A DNA stretch of 63,923 nucleotides, the filler included, from Thraustochytrium aureum (lineage: Eukaryota), in assembly GCA_012862495.1 (NCBI GenBank). It is 5 parts of 5 records of this genome, joined end to end, with 100 filler letters (N's around TTAATTAATTAA, not from the genome) between each part and the next. Parts side by side here need not be neighbours in the genome. Positions count along the whole stretch, not along the records: positions 1 to 20,583 come from BLSG01000291.1; positions 20,684 to 42,721 come from BLSG01000293.1; 3 more parts are not named here. One strand, written 5' to 3'. Under the pieces are notes generated by a model. The model was not told where the DNA came from, ran no database searches, and saw nothing but the letters and a program-made list of their open reading frames with translations. Position numbers and translations under genes: made by a program. Below are positions 12,175-22,456 of the stretch, in pieces (positions within the stretch are counted from its first letter, which is position 1; every line of letters begins with the position of its first letter).

Positions 12175-14003
12175 ATGGCGGCGGGGCTGAAGAGGTTGTG
12201 CTGGGCGAGACGGAAAGCGGCGGCGGCTGCCGTTGCGGCGCTCTTGGTTGTTGCTGCCTCGCGGCGCCTCGGCGGCGCCCTCGGCGATGTCGGCGCGGCC
12301 GCGGGCGTCGGCCCTGTTGTCCTCGCCACTGCCGAGGAGCGCGGGCCTGCGGCCGCCGACGCGGAGCCTGAGGAGCAGCTGATGAAGAACATCTTGATGG
12401 TCGTCGCGGACGACTGGCGAGGCACGCCGCTGGCTGGGGTGGCGCTGCCGAACGTGGCCCGGCTTGCACGCAAGGGGACGTCGTTCGCTCGCGCGTACGC
12501 GCAGTACCCGCTGTGCAACCCCTCTCGCGCCTCAATCCTGACAGGCCGGCGGCCAGGCGAACTCGGCGTGTACGACCTGGACACCCCCGTTGACCAGAAC
12601 GGAGCCCCGGGGCTGCCATCTTTGCCAGTCATGCTCCGCTCGCGGGGGTATCGAACGTTCGCTGCTGGCAAGGTTTTCCACGGCGAGTCGGACGCGCGCG
12701 CCTTTGACCAGATTGTCGAGCCCTCCACTGTAGAGCCGTTCCAAGGCAGCCCGTGCTCGGCTGCGGCGATAGAGTCCGGGCTCGCTCGACCGGTCAGGCT
12801 GGCCGGGACAGATGGGTTGCGCAAAGAGGCTTTCCCGCAAGCCATGTGCATCGTACCCGACGACTTCAACCACACCGACCAGAGGACTCTCCGAGAAGCG
12901 ATAGCCGTGTTGCAAGAGCAGGGCCAAAGGCAGGCCCTCCACCGCCGGCGCAGCGCCCCATTCTTTTTGGCAGTTGGGCTTGTCGGCACCCACCTGCCTT
13001 GGGCGATCCGCGACCGATTTTGGAGACAGGCCCTAGCAAAGGGCCTGCAAGGGGCGACGGAAGGCAGGGTTCCCACGTCGCCGTGGNNNNNNNNNNNNNN
13101 NNNNNNNNNNNNNNNNNNNNNNNNNNNNNNNNNNNNNNNNNNNNNNNNNNNNNNNNNNNNNNNNNNNNNNNNNNNNNNNNNNNNNNNNNNNNNNNNNNNN
13201 NNNNNNNNNNNNNNNNNNNNNNNNNNNNNNNNNNNNNNNNNNNNNNNNNNNNNNNNNNNNNNNNNNNNNNNNNNNNNNNNNNNNNNNNNNNNNNNNNNNN
13301 NNNNNNNNNNNNNNNNNNNNNNNNNNNNNNNNNNNNNNNNNNNNNNNNNNNNNNNNNNNNNNNNNNNNNNNNNNNNNNNNNGCAGGGCCACGTGGGCAAG
13401 CGTGCCCTCGACGAGCACAGCACGCGCGTTCCTCTGGTTGTCGCTTGTCCTTGGTGTGCCGGCCCCGTCGGAACCTCTGTATCGTGCGCCGTTGAGCTCG
13501 TCAACCTGCGCGAGACGGTGGCAAGCCTGGCGCGATCCAGCGAACTGGACGCGATCGCGGCAAAGGGCCGCAGAGCGTCATTGCTCGACAAGAGTCGAGT
13601 GTGTTTGGGGGACGAGCTTGCCATATCTCAGGTGGCACGATGTGCGCCGCCGCGATGTGGCGCTCGGCTTGAGCCTGGCGACGGGCAGGTCCTAGCCATG
13701 GGTTTCTCGGTACGGTCAAAGCAGTGGCGGTACACTGTTTGGGTTCCCGTTCGGCGCGCGGGGCAGACGGGAGCGGCTGGGGAAAAAGGCCAGGCATGGC
13801 CCTTGCTCGCCTGGGCCGATCGCGAAGAACTGCTGCTTCAGGCGAGCGACGTTGGCGAAGAACTCGCCACTGGGGGTCTGATCGTCCCAAAAGGCCGAAT
13901 CGACGAGGCTCTGAATTGTCTCCGGGAAGCTGGTCGACAGGTCGTGCACAGTGGTGGAACCGCAGCGCCCCGGCTTGGCGAGCATTGCCGAACGGCCCTT
14001 TGA
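12175..14003 (+). CDS. Formylglycine-dependent sulfatase (iduronate/choline sulfatase-like), with internal N gap
   Basis: NILMVVADD metal motif, YAQYPLCNPSRASILTGR (CxPxR), GYRTFAAGKVFH, PFFLAVG..H.P; after the gap GKRALDEHSTRVPLVV and MGFSVRSKQWRYTVW. Hydrophobic N-terminal segment. Confidence 0.9.
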
Positions 14004-14325
14004 CCTGCATCGACGTGGGCTACGGGGTGTTGGCCGGGCCTGACGGGGCGCCGACTCCTCACAGTTCCTGTGAACTGCAGCGGCATCGGCTTCGGGGGTG
14101 TTGGCCACATACATAGGTATGACTTGTGCGAGGCGCGGGACAGGAGTCGTCGGCGCCCGTTACCTGCCAAATCGAACCCGAAGGGCTTGCAAATGAACAT
14201 GCGCATTTCTCTTTCTCTCGGACGAGAAGACGTCGAAGAGTGCTGCAACGGGTTTTTGATTGATTCCAAGTGGAACCGCAATGCCAACAACAAAAAAACG
14301 AGGAAGGGGGGGTTGGGCTTCCTAG

Positions 14326-16052
14326 CTAGGGCAGCATGGTGTAGCCGCCAGATAGTGAGAGCGTGCTCTTGTTGCGCTCCATGGCGCGGACCTTGTCCAG
14401 TCGCGACGGCGCGTTCGACGACGTCGCGTCCATCTCGTCGTCTGCATCGTCGCCCGAGGACGACGAGCCACGGAAGGCTACGCGGCGCCCACCGTCTACC
14501 GAAGAAAAGTCCGCCTCGTCGGCAGACTCGAAGCCGCCGCCACCAAGCGACTTGGACCCCTTAGCCCCGTGGCCGGAACGCTTGGGCAGGAAGCGATCGA
14601 GCAGTTTGGCGACGAGCGGGCTGAGGCACGCCGTCTCGTTTTGGTAAAACCACATGACCGAGCTCATCGCTGTGCAAAAGAGCAGGACCTCGCCCTGTGG
14701 GACGCGAAAGGCGAGCTTGTGGTCGTAGAGAATCATGTAGAGGCTATCCATGGCGCGCGGAAAGGCGTACAGCGCGAGCTCAGAGCGGCGCGACTTGCGC
14801 TCGATGAGGATCGCGAGCGAGCTGAAAACCCCGGCCACGTAGTACCAGAGCTTGTGGTCGCCGTAGCCAAAGTGCTGGAGGACCTCGCGCTGCATGCAAA
14901 TGACTGCCTGGTACCCGCTGCAGAACACGGCGAGGAAGGTGGTGGAGCGCAGCGCGCTGAGCAGCGAGTTGGAGAGCACCGAGGCGGGGCTCTTGGCGAA
15001 GTTTTTGAAGCGCAGCACGACCGCCGGGACGAGCGCGAGGGAGAGGTAAACCGGGAAGATCTGCTTGGCGGTGCCCTTGAACGCGTTGAGGGTGTGGAGG
15101 GAGCAGAAGCGCGTGTACGGATGGAGGGCGCGGCAGGGCACGATGGCGGTTTGTCGGACGTGAGGTGGCGTTTGACAACTTGGCGGCTTCTGCGCCGCCT
15201 GTCTCGCGCACGTAGTTGAGGACAGCGGGGAGGTTGATGGACTTGCCCCTGTTGTTGTCGCGCACGGCCTGCAGGATCGTCTCGTCGATGGGCCCCTGGC
15301 GCACGATGAACCTGTAGTAGCTCGCAGGGAGCGTCTCTGGGCGCATCACGTAGGCGTACATGACCTGCGCGGAGCTGAGGAGGAAGAGCAGCGAGTCGCC
15401 GTGCTCCCAGTCGCTGCCCCAAAAGTGCCAGTACCCGTTCAGCTTGGCAAAGTTGTAGACGCACTGCACGGCGCGCGTTGACATGTAAAGAGCCAGCGTG
15501 CGGTGCCAGCTGCGGTCCATGCTGTACAGCGAGAGGCCGGCCAGCCAGCCGCCCACGGCGCTGTGCCAGCCCTTGGGCCCGCTGCCGAGTGTGGCGAGCG
15601 CATGGCAGACGCACCGGTAGATCCCCGTGAATCCGCCCAGAAAGAGCCCGAGGCGCACGGCCTCGACGCGGAACACGAGGTTGCCCTCGCCGAGCAGCTT
15701 GTTGATCGACAAAAGGTCCTTGGGCCGCTTGACCAGCAGCGAGAGCGCCCGCAGCAGCAGGGCGACGCCGGCGCGAATGTTGTACGCCAGCAGAAAGTTG
15801 GTGAGGAGCGATTTGAGCGCCTTCGAGTCGAGCAGAGCTGCTTTTCAGGAGCCGGCCGATCGAAAGCCGCTGTTTCTCGTTCGCGGTGAGCTGCCGCGCC
15901 TGGGCGAGCGTCTGGGCCTCCTTTTCTGCGCGTTCAAAGGCCTCTGGGCTTGCACTGCTGTGCAGTGCTGGTGTTTCAGCTGGGGTGGATTCCTCTGGTG
16001 CTGGCGCGCCTGGCTCGCCCTGCTGTTCATATCGTTGCCCGGTTGCCGTCAT
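14326..16052 (-). CDS. TMEM135: TMEM135-like (Tim17/PXMP4-related) membrane protein, apparent frameshifts at ~15843 and ~15145-15180
   Basis: EAVRLGLFLGGFTG, RTLALY, WEHGDSLLFLLSSAQVMYAYVMRPETLPASY, IVPC..LHP, SILIE.KSRRSELALY-type motif (AILIERKSRRSELALYAFPRA). Confidence 0.85.
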
Positions 16053-16880
16053 CGTTTGACGCGTGCTCCTCTTCCACAGCCCCAACACGTCGCGCGTCCG
16101 GCGTGCGCTGCCAACCTGCAGCACCGACAACAGCGCCCGAGCAGCTTGCTTGCTTCTTTCCCTCTCCGGTCTTCGTAGAGCGACAAGGCGCGGGAGAGGC
16201 TGGAGCAAACCCTCTTGGCTCGACGCTCGAACCCCTGCGCGCTTGCAAACACAACCCGACTCGAACTTGTCGCGGACCTGCGAGTCCGCCCTTGCGTACA
16301 CTGCCTGCTCCCACGGGCACCTCGCGCGACATCACCGCAAAAAAGGCAAGTAAAAACNNNNNNNNNNNNNNNNNNNNNNNNNNNNNNNNNNNNNNNNNNN
16401 NNNNNNNNNNNNNNNNNNNNNNNNNNNNNNNNNNNNNNNNNNNNNNNNNNNNNNNNNNNNNNNNNNNNNNNNNNNNNNNNNNNNNNNNNNNNNNNNNNNN
16501 NNNNNNNNNNNNNNNNNNNNNNNNNNNNNNNNNNNNNNNNNNNNNNNNNNNNNNNNNNNNNNNNNNNNNNNNNNNNNNNNNNNNNNNNNNNNNNNNNNNN
16601 NNNNNNNNNNNNNNNNNNNNNNNNNNNNNNNNNNNNNNNNNNNNNNNNNNNNNNNNNNNNNNNNNNNNNNNNNNNNNNNNNNNNNNNNNNNNNNNNNNNN
16701 NNNNNNNNNNNNNNNNNNNNNNNNNNNNNNNNNNNNNNNNNNNNNNNNNNNNNNNNNNNNNNNNNNNNNNNNNNNNNNNNNNNGAAGGCAGCGAGGCAGC
16801 AAGGGAGGCAGGCGGGTTGAAGGGGCTCGGCGGGAGGGCTCGCGCGCGCCGAGGGTTGGGCTGCTCGTGGAAGGGCTACC

Positions 16881-17606
16881 ATGTCGAGGGACGCCGGGTA
16901 CGACCGGTTTTTGACCATCTTCTCCCCGGAAGGGCGGCTGTACCAGATCGAGTATGCAAAGAAGGCCGTCGATGCCGGGGGCCTCACGTCGGTGGGCGTG
17001 CGCGGCAAGGACAGCGTGTGCCTCGTGACGCAGCGCAAGGTGCAGGACAAGCTAGTGGATGTCGCGTCGATGACGCGGTTGTTCAACATCACCGCCAACA
17101 TCGGCTGCGTAATGACCGGGCTCGTCGCGGACGGGCGCTCCCTCGTGGCCCAGGCGCGCCAGGAGGCCTCCAACTTTGAGTACAACAACGGGTACCCGAT
17201 TCCGTGCAGCTTCTTGGCCAACCGCGTCGCCGACCTGGCGCAGATCAACACGCAGCACGCAGGGCGCCGCACGATGGGCGCCGACATGATCCTTTGCAGC
17301 ATTGACGACGAGGCGGGCCCGCAGCTCTTCCACATCGACCCCGCCGGCCACTACTTTGGCTACAAGGCCACGTCAGCGGGCAGCAAGGCCCAAGAGGCTA
17401 TTTCCCTCCTGGAGAAGAAGGTCGACCCAGAGGCCGACCTCGCCAAGACGATCCAGTTGGCCATCATGACGCTCCAGACGACGCTCTCCGCGGACTTTAA
17501 ACCCGAGGAGATCGAGGTGGCTATCGTTTCGGGCGACAGCGGATTCCAGCGCCTCACAGACGCCGAGGTCGAGGAGCACCTCACAGCGATCGCGGAGCGC
17601 GACTGA
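16881..17606 (+). CDS. PSMA6: 20S proteasome subunit alpha-1 (alpha type-6)
   Basis: MSRDAGYDRFLTIFSPEGRLYQIEYA, GLTSVGVRGKDSV, IDPAGHYFGYKATSAGSK, C-terminus HLTAIAERD. Intronless, 241 aa. Confidence 0.97.
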   Translation: MSRDAGYDRFLTIFSPEGRLYQIEYAKKAVDAGGLTSVGVRGKDSVCLVTQRKVQDKLVDVASMTRLFNITANIGCVMTGLVADGRSLVAQARQEASNFEYNNGYPIPCSFLANRVADLAQINTQHAGRRTMGADMILCSIDDEAGPQLFHIDPAGHYFGYKATSAGSKAQEAISLLEKKVDPEADLAKTIQLAIMTLQTTLSADFKPEEIEVAIVSGDSGFQRLTDAEVEEHLTAIAERD

Positions 17607-18510
17607 TGCGGTCCCTCGCGCGCCCTCGAACGCTCTGCAGCCGCGTGCCAGCCGCGCCGTCCTGCCTGGCCGGCCGCGCTCGCGCTACTCGGGGCGTCTC
17701 GCATGCGGGCGGGCCAGCACCCTCTATCCGCCCGTCCATCACCCATTCGCACGTGCCAACAAGCAAACCANNNNNNNNNNNNNNNNNNNNNNNNNNNNNN
17801 NNNNNNNNNNNNNNNNNNNNNNNNNNNNNNNNNNNNNNNNNNNNNNNNNNNNNNNNNNNNNNNNNNNNNNNNNNNNNNNNNNNNNNNNNNNNNNNNNNNN
17901 NNNNNNNNNNNNNNNNNNNNNNNNNNNNNNNNNNNNNNNNNNNNNNNNNNNNNNNNNNNNNNNNNNNNNNNNNNNNNNNNNNNNNNNNNNNNNNNNNNNN
18001 NNNNNNNNNNNNNNNNNNNNNNNNNNNNNNNNNNNNNNNNNNNNNNNNNNNNNNNNNNNNNNNNNNNNNNNNNNNNNNNNNNNNNNNNNNNNNNNNNNNN
18101 NNNNNNNNNNNNNNNNNNNNNNNNNNNNNNNNNNNNNNNNNNNNNNNNNNNNNNNNNNNNNNNNNNNNNNNNNNNNNNNNNNNNNNNNNNNNNNNNNNNN
18201 NNNNNNNNNNNNNNNNNNNNNNNNNNNNNNNNNNNNNNNNNNNNNNNNNNNNNNNNNNNNNNNNNNNNNNNNNNNNNNNNNNNNNNNNNNNNNNNNNNNN
18301 NNNNNNNNNNNNNNNNNNNNNNNNNNNNNNNNNNNNNNNNNNNNNNNNNNNNNNNNNNNNNNNNNNNNNNNNNNNNNNNNNNNNNNNNNNNNNNNNNNNN
18401 NNNNNNNNNNNNNNNNNNNNNNNNNNNNNNNNNNNNNNNNNNNNNNNNNNNNNNNNNNNNNNNNNNNNNNNNNNNNNNNNNNNNNNNNNNNNNNNNNNNN
18501 NNNNNNNNNN

Positions 18511-19598
18511 GACCGGGTGTTTTTGGTGGGTGACGCGGCGCACCAGTTTCCGCCCTCGGGCGGGTTCGGGGTCAACGCGGGCCTCGTAGACGCACACAAC
18601 CTCGCGTGGAAGCTCGCCTACGTGGCGCGCGGCGGGGCGTCCCGCGATGTCCTCGGCTCGTATGACGCGGAGCGCCGGCCCGTGATCCAAGACGCGCTGA
18701 GCGTGGCTATCGATAACTATCGGCGCGGCCTCTTGCCTGCGCGCGCTTTGGGGCTGGACCGGTCCGCGATAGCGACAGCGGTGTCGCTGCTCTCGTCGCA
18801 GTCAGTGGGCGGCACGGGCGAACTCGGAGCGCGGTTCCGCCGCTCGGCCGTGAGCGTGATGCTCGCTGCCGGCAAGGCGCACCTGGCAGCGCCAACCTCG
18901 CTTCTGGCTCCGGCTGTGGAGCAGTGCGTCAACGGGACTCACCAAGCGCTGCCGCTGCTTTTCCCGCGGACGGACAAGGGGTTCAGGTACCGCGGCTCTC
19001 GCGCACTGGTCGGCGGCCAGGCGGCCCGCGACGAGCCTTCCTTCTGGCTACGACCGCGCGTGCCACGGACGCACCAAGTGGACTGGCCGTTTCGCGAGGT
19101 GCTGTTGGCAGGGTTTTGCCGCATGTGTGGCTTGGCAGCAGCAACGACAACAGCGACAGGGGCAGCGGCAGCAGCGGCAGCGGCAGCAGCAGCAGCAGCA
19201 ACGGTCAGAAGCAGCCTCCGCTCCGCTCGACATTGGACGTCGTTGCAGACTCGCTGCCGGGGTTTACTTTGCTGTGCGTAGGGCGCACGCAGGTCAGCGA
19301 GGCGCGAACGCTCGTCCAAGCGGCCGACAAGGCAAAGGCGCTGCCGTGCGTCGTCGTTGAGCTCGAGCGGGCAGGCGCGAGCGGTGGCGCGAGCGAGGCG
19401 CGCGAAGCGGACTCGGCCTTGCCGCGGTGGCGGTTTCGCGAGGACCCGGCCTGGGCGCTGCGGGACATTGCCGTTCTCGTGCGCCCGGATGCCCATGTGG
19501 CTTGGACAGGGGACTTGCGCGCGCTTGCGCCCTCGGAGCGGGACGAGCTCGCGGCGTTTCTCCGCAATAAGGTCGTGCCAACAACCAAAGCGAATTGA
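18511..19598 (+). CDS. FAD-dependent monooxygenase (aromatic hydroxylase type), 3' part, apparent frameshift near 19040
   Basis: RVFLVGDAAHQFPPSGGFGVNAGLVDAHNLAWKLA, SYDAERRP, GRVLPHVWL, STLD, AVLVRPDAHVAW. The 5' part lies in gap 17771-18510. Confidence 0.9.
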
Positions 19599-20583
19599 CC
19601 GAATGGAGTTGACGTGTGGGATGCTAGCGAGCGCAGGCCGCGGCAGACCAGTGCCTTGCCTTGTTCCACGATCTTCTCGGCAGGATCCTGCCAGATCCTC
19701 GTGCCTCTGTTGAGCATCGAGCCGTGGCAGCTCGACAGTGGGCGGCGACCGACCAACGCAACGCCGCCTTTTCCTTCGATCATTTTTCTTGAAATTGAAA
19801 AACAATCAAGATCTTGATTGAAAGATGCGCAGGTGCTCCTCGAGTCCCCACTCTCCTTCGAGCGAGTGGGACACATCACTCGCTAGCTCGGTGTTGGATA
19901 CACCGGGAATTAGCCTGCGCTCCACTGCGAAAGCACCCTGTTTTCAGGTCTGGGAGACGGTTACTGGTTGTCCCACCTCCCGAACCTGTCGGCCATCCGT
20001 CGGATGAACATACGCTGCTTGACAGCTATCGGTGGACCCCAAGATTTGGCGCGGCACCGGCATGACTTGCACGGCAAGGATGCAACTTTCCCAGAAGACA
20101 CCAACACCAACGACAAAAACAACTTGAAGACCGCCTCGATCACTCGAACCGGTTCACGTTGCGCGACCGTGACCTCGCAAAGATGAAAGAAACGGCGCTG
20201 CCTTGGCGCTGCCGAGCACCAACTTGGTTGAGAACAGGGACGTCTCGCTGCGCCACGGAGGCCGGCGCTGGAGAGGAAGAAACGGAGCCAACCAAGATGA
20301 TCACGAACCGAGCAGCAATCCACGACTTGACTTACGCGGTGCCAGTGCGCGCATTGAGGCAGCCTCTGCACTCATGACATCCGATCAATCAAGCAATGCG
20401 AGCTTGCAGGCCTCGAGCGAGTCTGTCTCCTCACCACACCTGGTGCTGCCGTTGGCCAGCCAGACAGACCCTGAGGCTCATTTTTTGCGACAAGCCCTCC
20501 TCGTTTTTTGCGACACAGCCCTGCCAGAGAGCTCGGCCAGCCCCTTCTCTTTCGGTTTTGCGCACAGCCCTGAGCTCCGCGTC

Positions 20584-20683
20584 NNNNNNNNNNNNNNNNN
20601 NNNNNNNNNNNNNNNNNNNNNNNNNNNTTAATTAATTAANNNNNNNNNNNNNNNNNNNNNNNNNNNNNNNNNNNNNNNNNNNN
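20584..20683. other. Artificial scaffold linker (44 N + TTAATTAATTAA + 44 N)
   Basis: Six-frame stop 12-mer at 20628-20639; exactly 100 bp; identical to three other sites. Confidence 0.97.
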
Positions 20684-21204
20684 TCACGAGCGCCGAGCGC
20701 GCCAGGCAATGTCTTGCAACGACCACGACGCAGCCGCTCCGGAGGAGATTGCAGCCGAGCCAGAGTCGGAAGGGGGCGCGCCGGCACCGGGGGCCCCGGC
20801 CGCTCCGCAAAGCTCACCCGGGCCTCACTGGCGCGGCTTGGTTTGACGCCGAGCGCGAGTCGCTGTGGGTCGGTGCTCCTTCGCTTCTTTCCCCGTCGTA
20901 GAGAGCGGGGCCGCGGCGCTCTGATTCCGTTCGAGCGACGGCGCAGCAGCGGCGTCTCGAGCTCGCCGAGCGCGGTCCCCGGCCTTGGCGAAAGCGAGGC
21001 CGCGCGCCCATCAATCAACCAATCACCCGCATCGCCCGCGCGACACTGCCGCGAGAGTTGAGGGCCGCATCGGACGCAGGTCGTGGCCGGAGATGCGGAA
21101 CGGATTCCACTCGTGGGTTGCTTTTGTGGCCGCGATTGTATCCGCTGAACGTCGCTTGCGCCAGACGCTGCGGCAGCAGGCGTGGGTGGATCCGGCCGGT
21201 CGGC

Positions 21205-21255
21205 CGGCCAGCAGGCAGGCAGGCAGGCAGGCAGGCTGGCAGGCAGGCTGGCTGG
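21205..21255. repeat. (GGCA/GGCT)n microsatellite
   Basis: gcaggcaggcaggcaggcaggcaggctggcaggcaggctggctgg read directly. Confidence 0.85.
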
Positions 21256-21539
21256 CGGTGACCCTGGGCCTGCCACCAAGCGCGCAGGTTTGTGGCGTCG
21301 CCGCGAGCCGTTCATTCGCGTGGGAGAATTCCGGCGAGTCGGGGACCGGCAAGACCCACCCATCCGCCCGCCCGCCCGCCGGCCCGCCAGGCTCCGTGAG
21401 CGCCGAATGCGCAGTCCGCGTGGCAGCTGAACAGCGCGAGCCGCGCAGCAACTCCCGGAAGAGCGAGCCCTCCGAATTCAGCCAACGCGATGCAAAGGGG
21501 CGGTTGCTTGCCAGAGGGCGTTTGCCTTTCTTCTGTCGC

Positions 21540-21855
21540 TCAAAAATCAAAATCAAAATCAAGAAGCTCCGTCACCGTGACGGTCCTGAATCCTGAACTG
21601 AAAATCCTGAATACAAAAGCAAACCTGAGAAGGAAAACAGCCTGAGACACGGTGGTGCCGCTCTGTCTTGCCTGGGAGTACAAAACCAAAACCCGAGACA
21701 AACGTTGTAAGATACAATTTATTCTGCTTTTTGTTGTTTCTAAAGAATTTGGGCCAGAAACTGTGCGTTTTGTGAGAGGAACGTTTTATTTATTTATTTT
21801 GGTATTTGTCTTTTTTGTTTTTTGGTTGTTGTTGTTGTTGTTTTGTTGTTGTTAT
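21540..21855. other. AT-rich intergenic island with (AAAATC)3, five CCTGA motifs and a (GTT)n/T-rich tract
   Basis: Visible composition shift upstream of the transglutaminase gene. Confidence 0.6.
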
Positions 21856-22456
21856 GTGCGAGTGGAGTGGCTGGAAGGCGCAGAGCGCAATGCGAGTTCG
21901 GGTTGAAGCAGAGCCCGAACGAACGAGGACAGCAGCAGGCAGCAGCAGGCAGCAGCAGGCCGGCGAGATCCATCGAGCNNNNNNNNNNNNNNNNNNNNNN
22001 NNNNNNNNNNNNNNNNNNNNNNNNNNNNNNNNNNNNNNNNNNNNNNNNNNNNNNNNNNNNNNNNNNNNNNNNNNNNNNNNNNNNNNNNNNNNNNNNNNNN
22101 NNNNNNNNNNNNNNNNNNNNNNNNNNNNNNNNNNNNNNNNNNNNNNNNNNNNNNNNNNNNNNNNNNNNNNNNNNNNNNNNNNNNNNNNNNNNNNNNNNNN
22201 NNNNNNNNNNNNNNNNNNNNNNNNNNNNNNNNNNNNNNNNNNNNNNNNNNNNNNNNNNNNNNNNNNNNNNNNNNNNNNNNNNNNNNNNNNNNNNNNNNNN
22301 NNNNNNNNNNNNNNNNNNNNNNNNNNNNNNNNNNNNNNNNNNNNNNNNNNNNNNNNNNNNNNNNNNNNNNNNNNNNNNNNNNNNNNNNNNNNNNNNNNNN
22401 NNNNNNNNNNNNNNNNNNNNNNNNNNNNNNNNNNNNNNNNNNNNNNNNNNNNNNNN

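Noticed and set aside
19135..19202. (GCA/GCG)n tract as a separate element
   Set aside because: It is a trinucleotide expansion encoding a Ser/Gly linker within the monooxygenase.
19600..21540. Short ORFs on both sides of the first linker
   Set aside because: No recognisable motifs; a 5' gene fragment on the minus strand near 20684-21010 is possible but cannot be supported.
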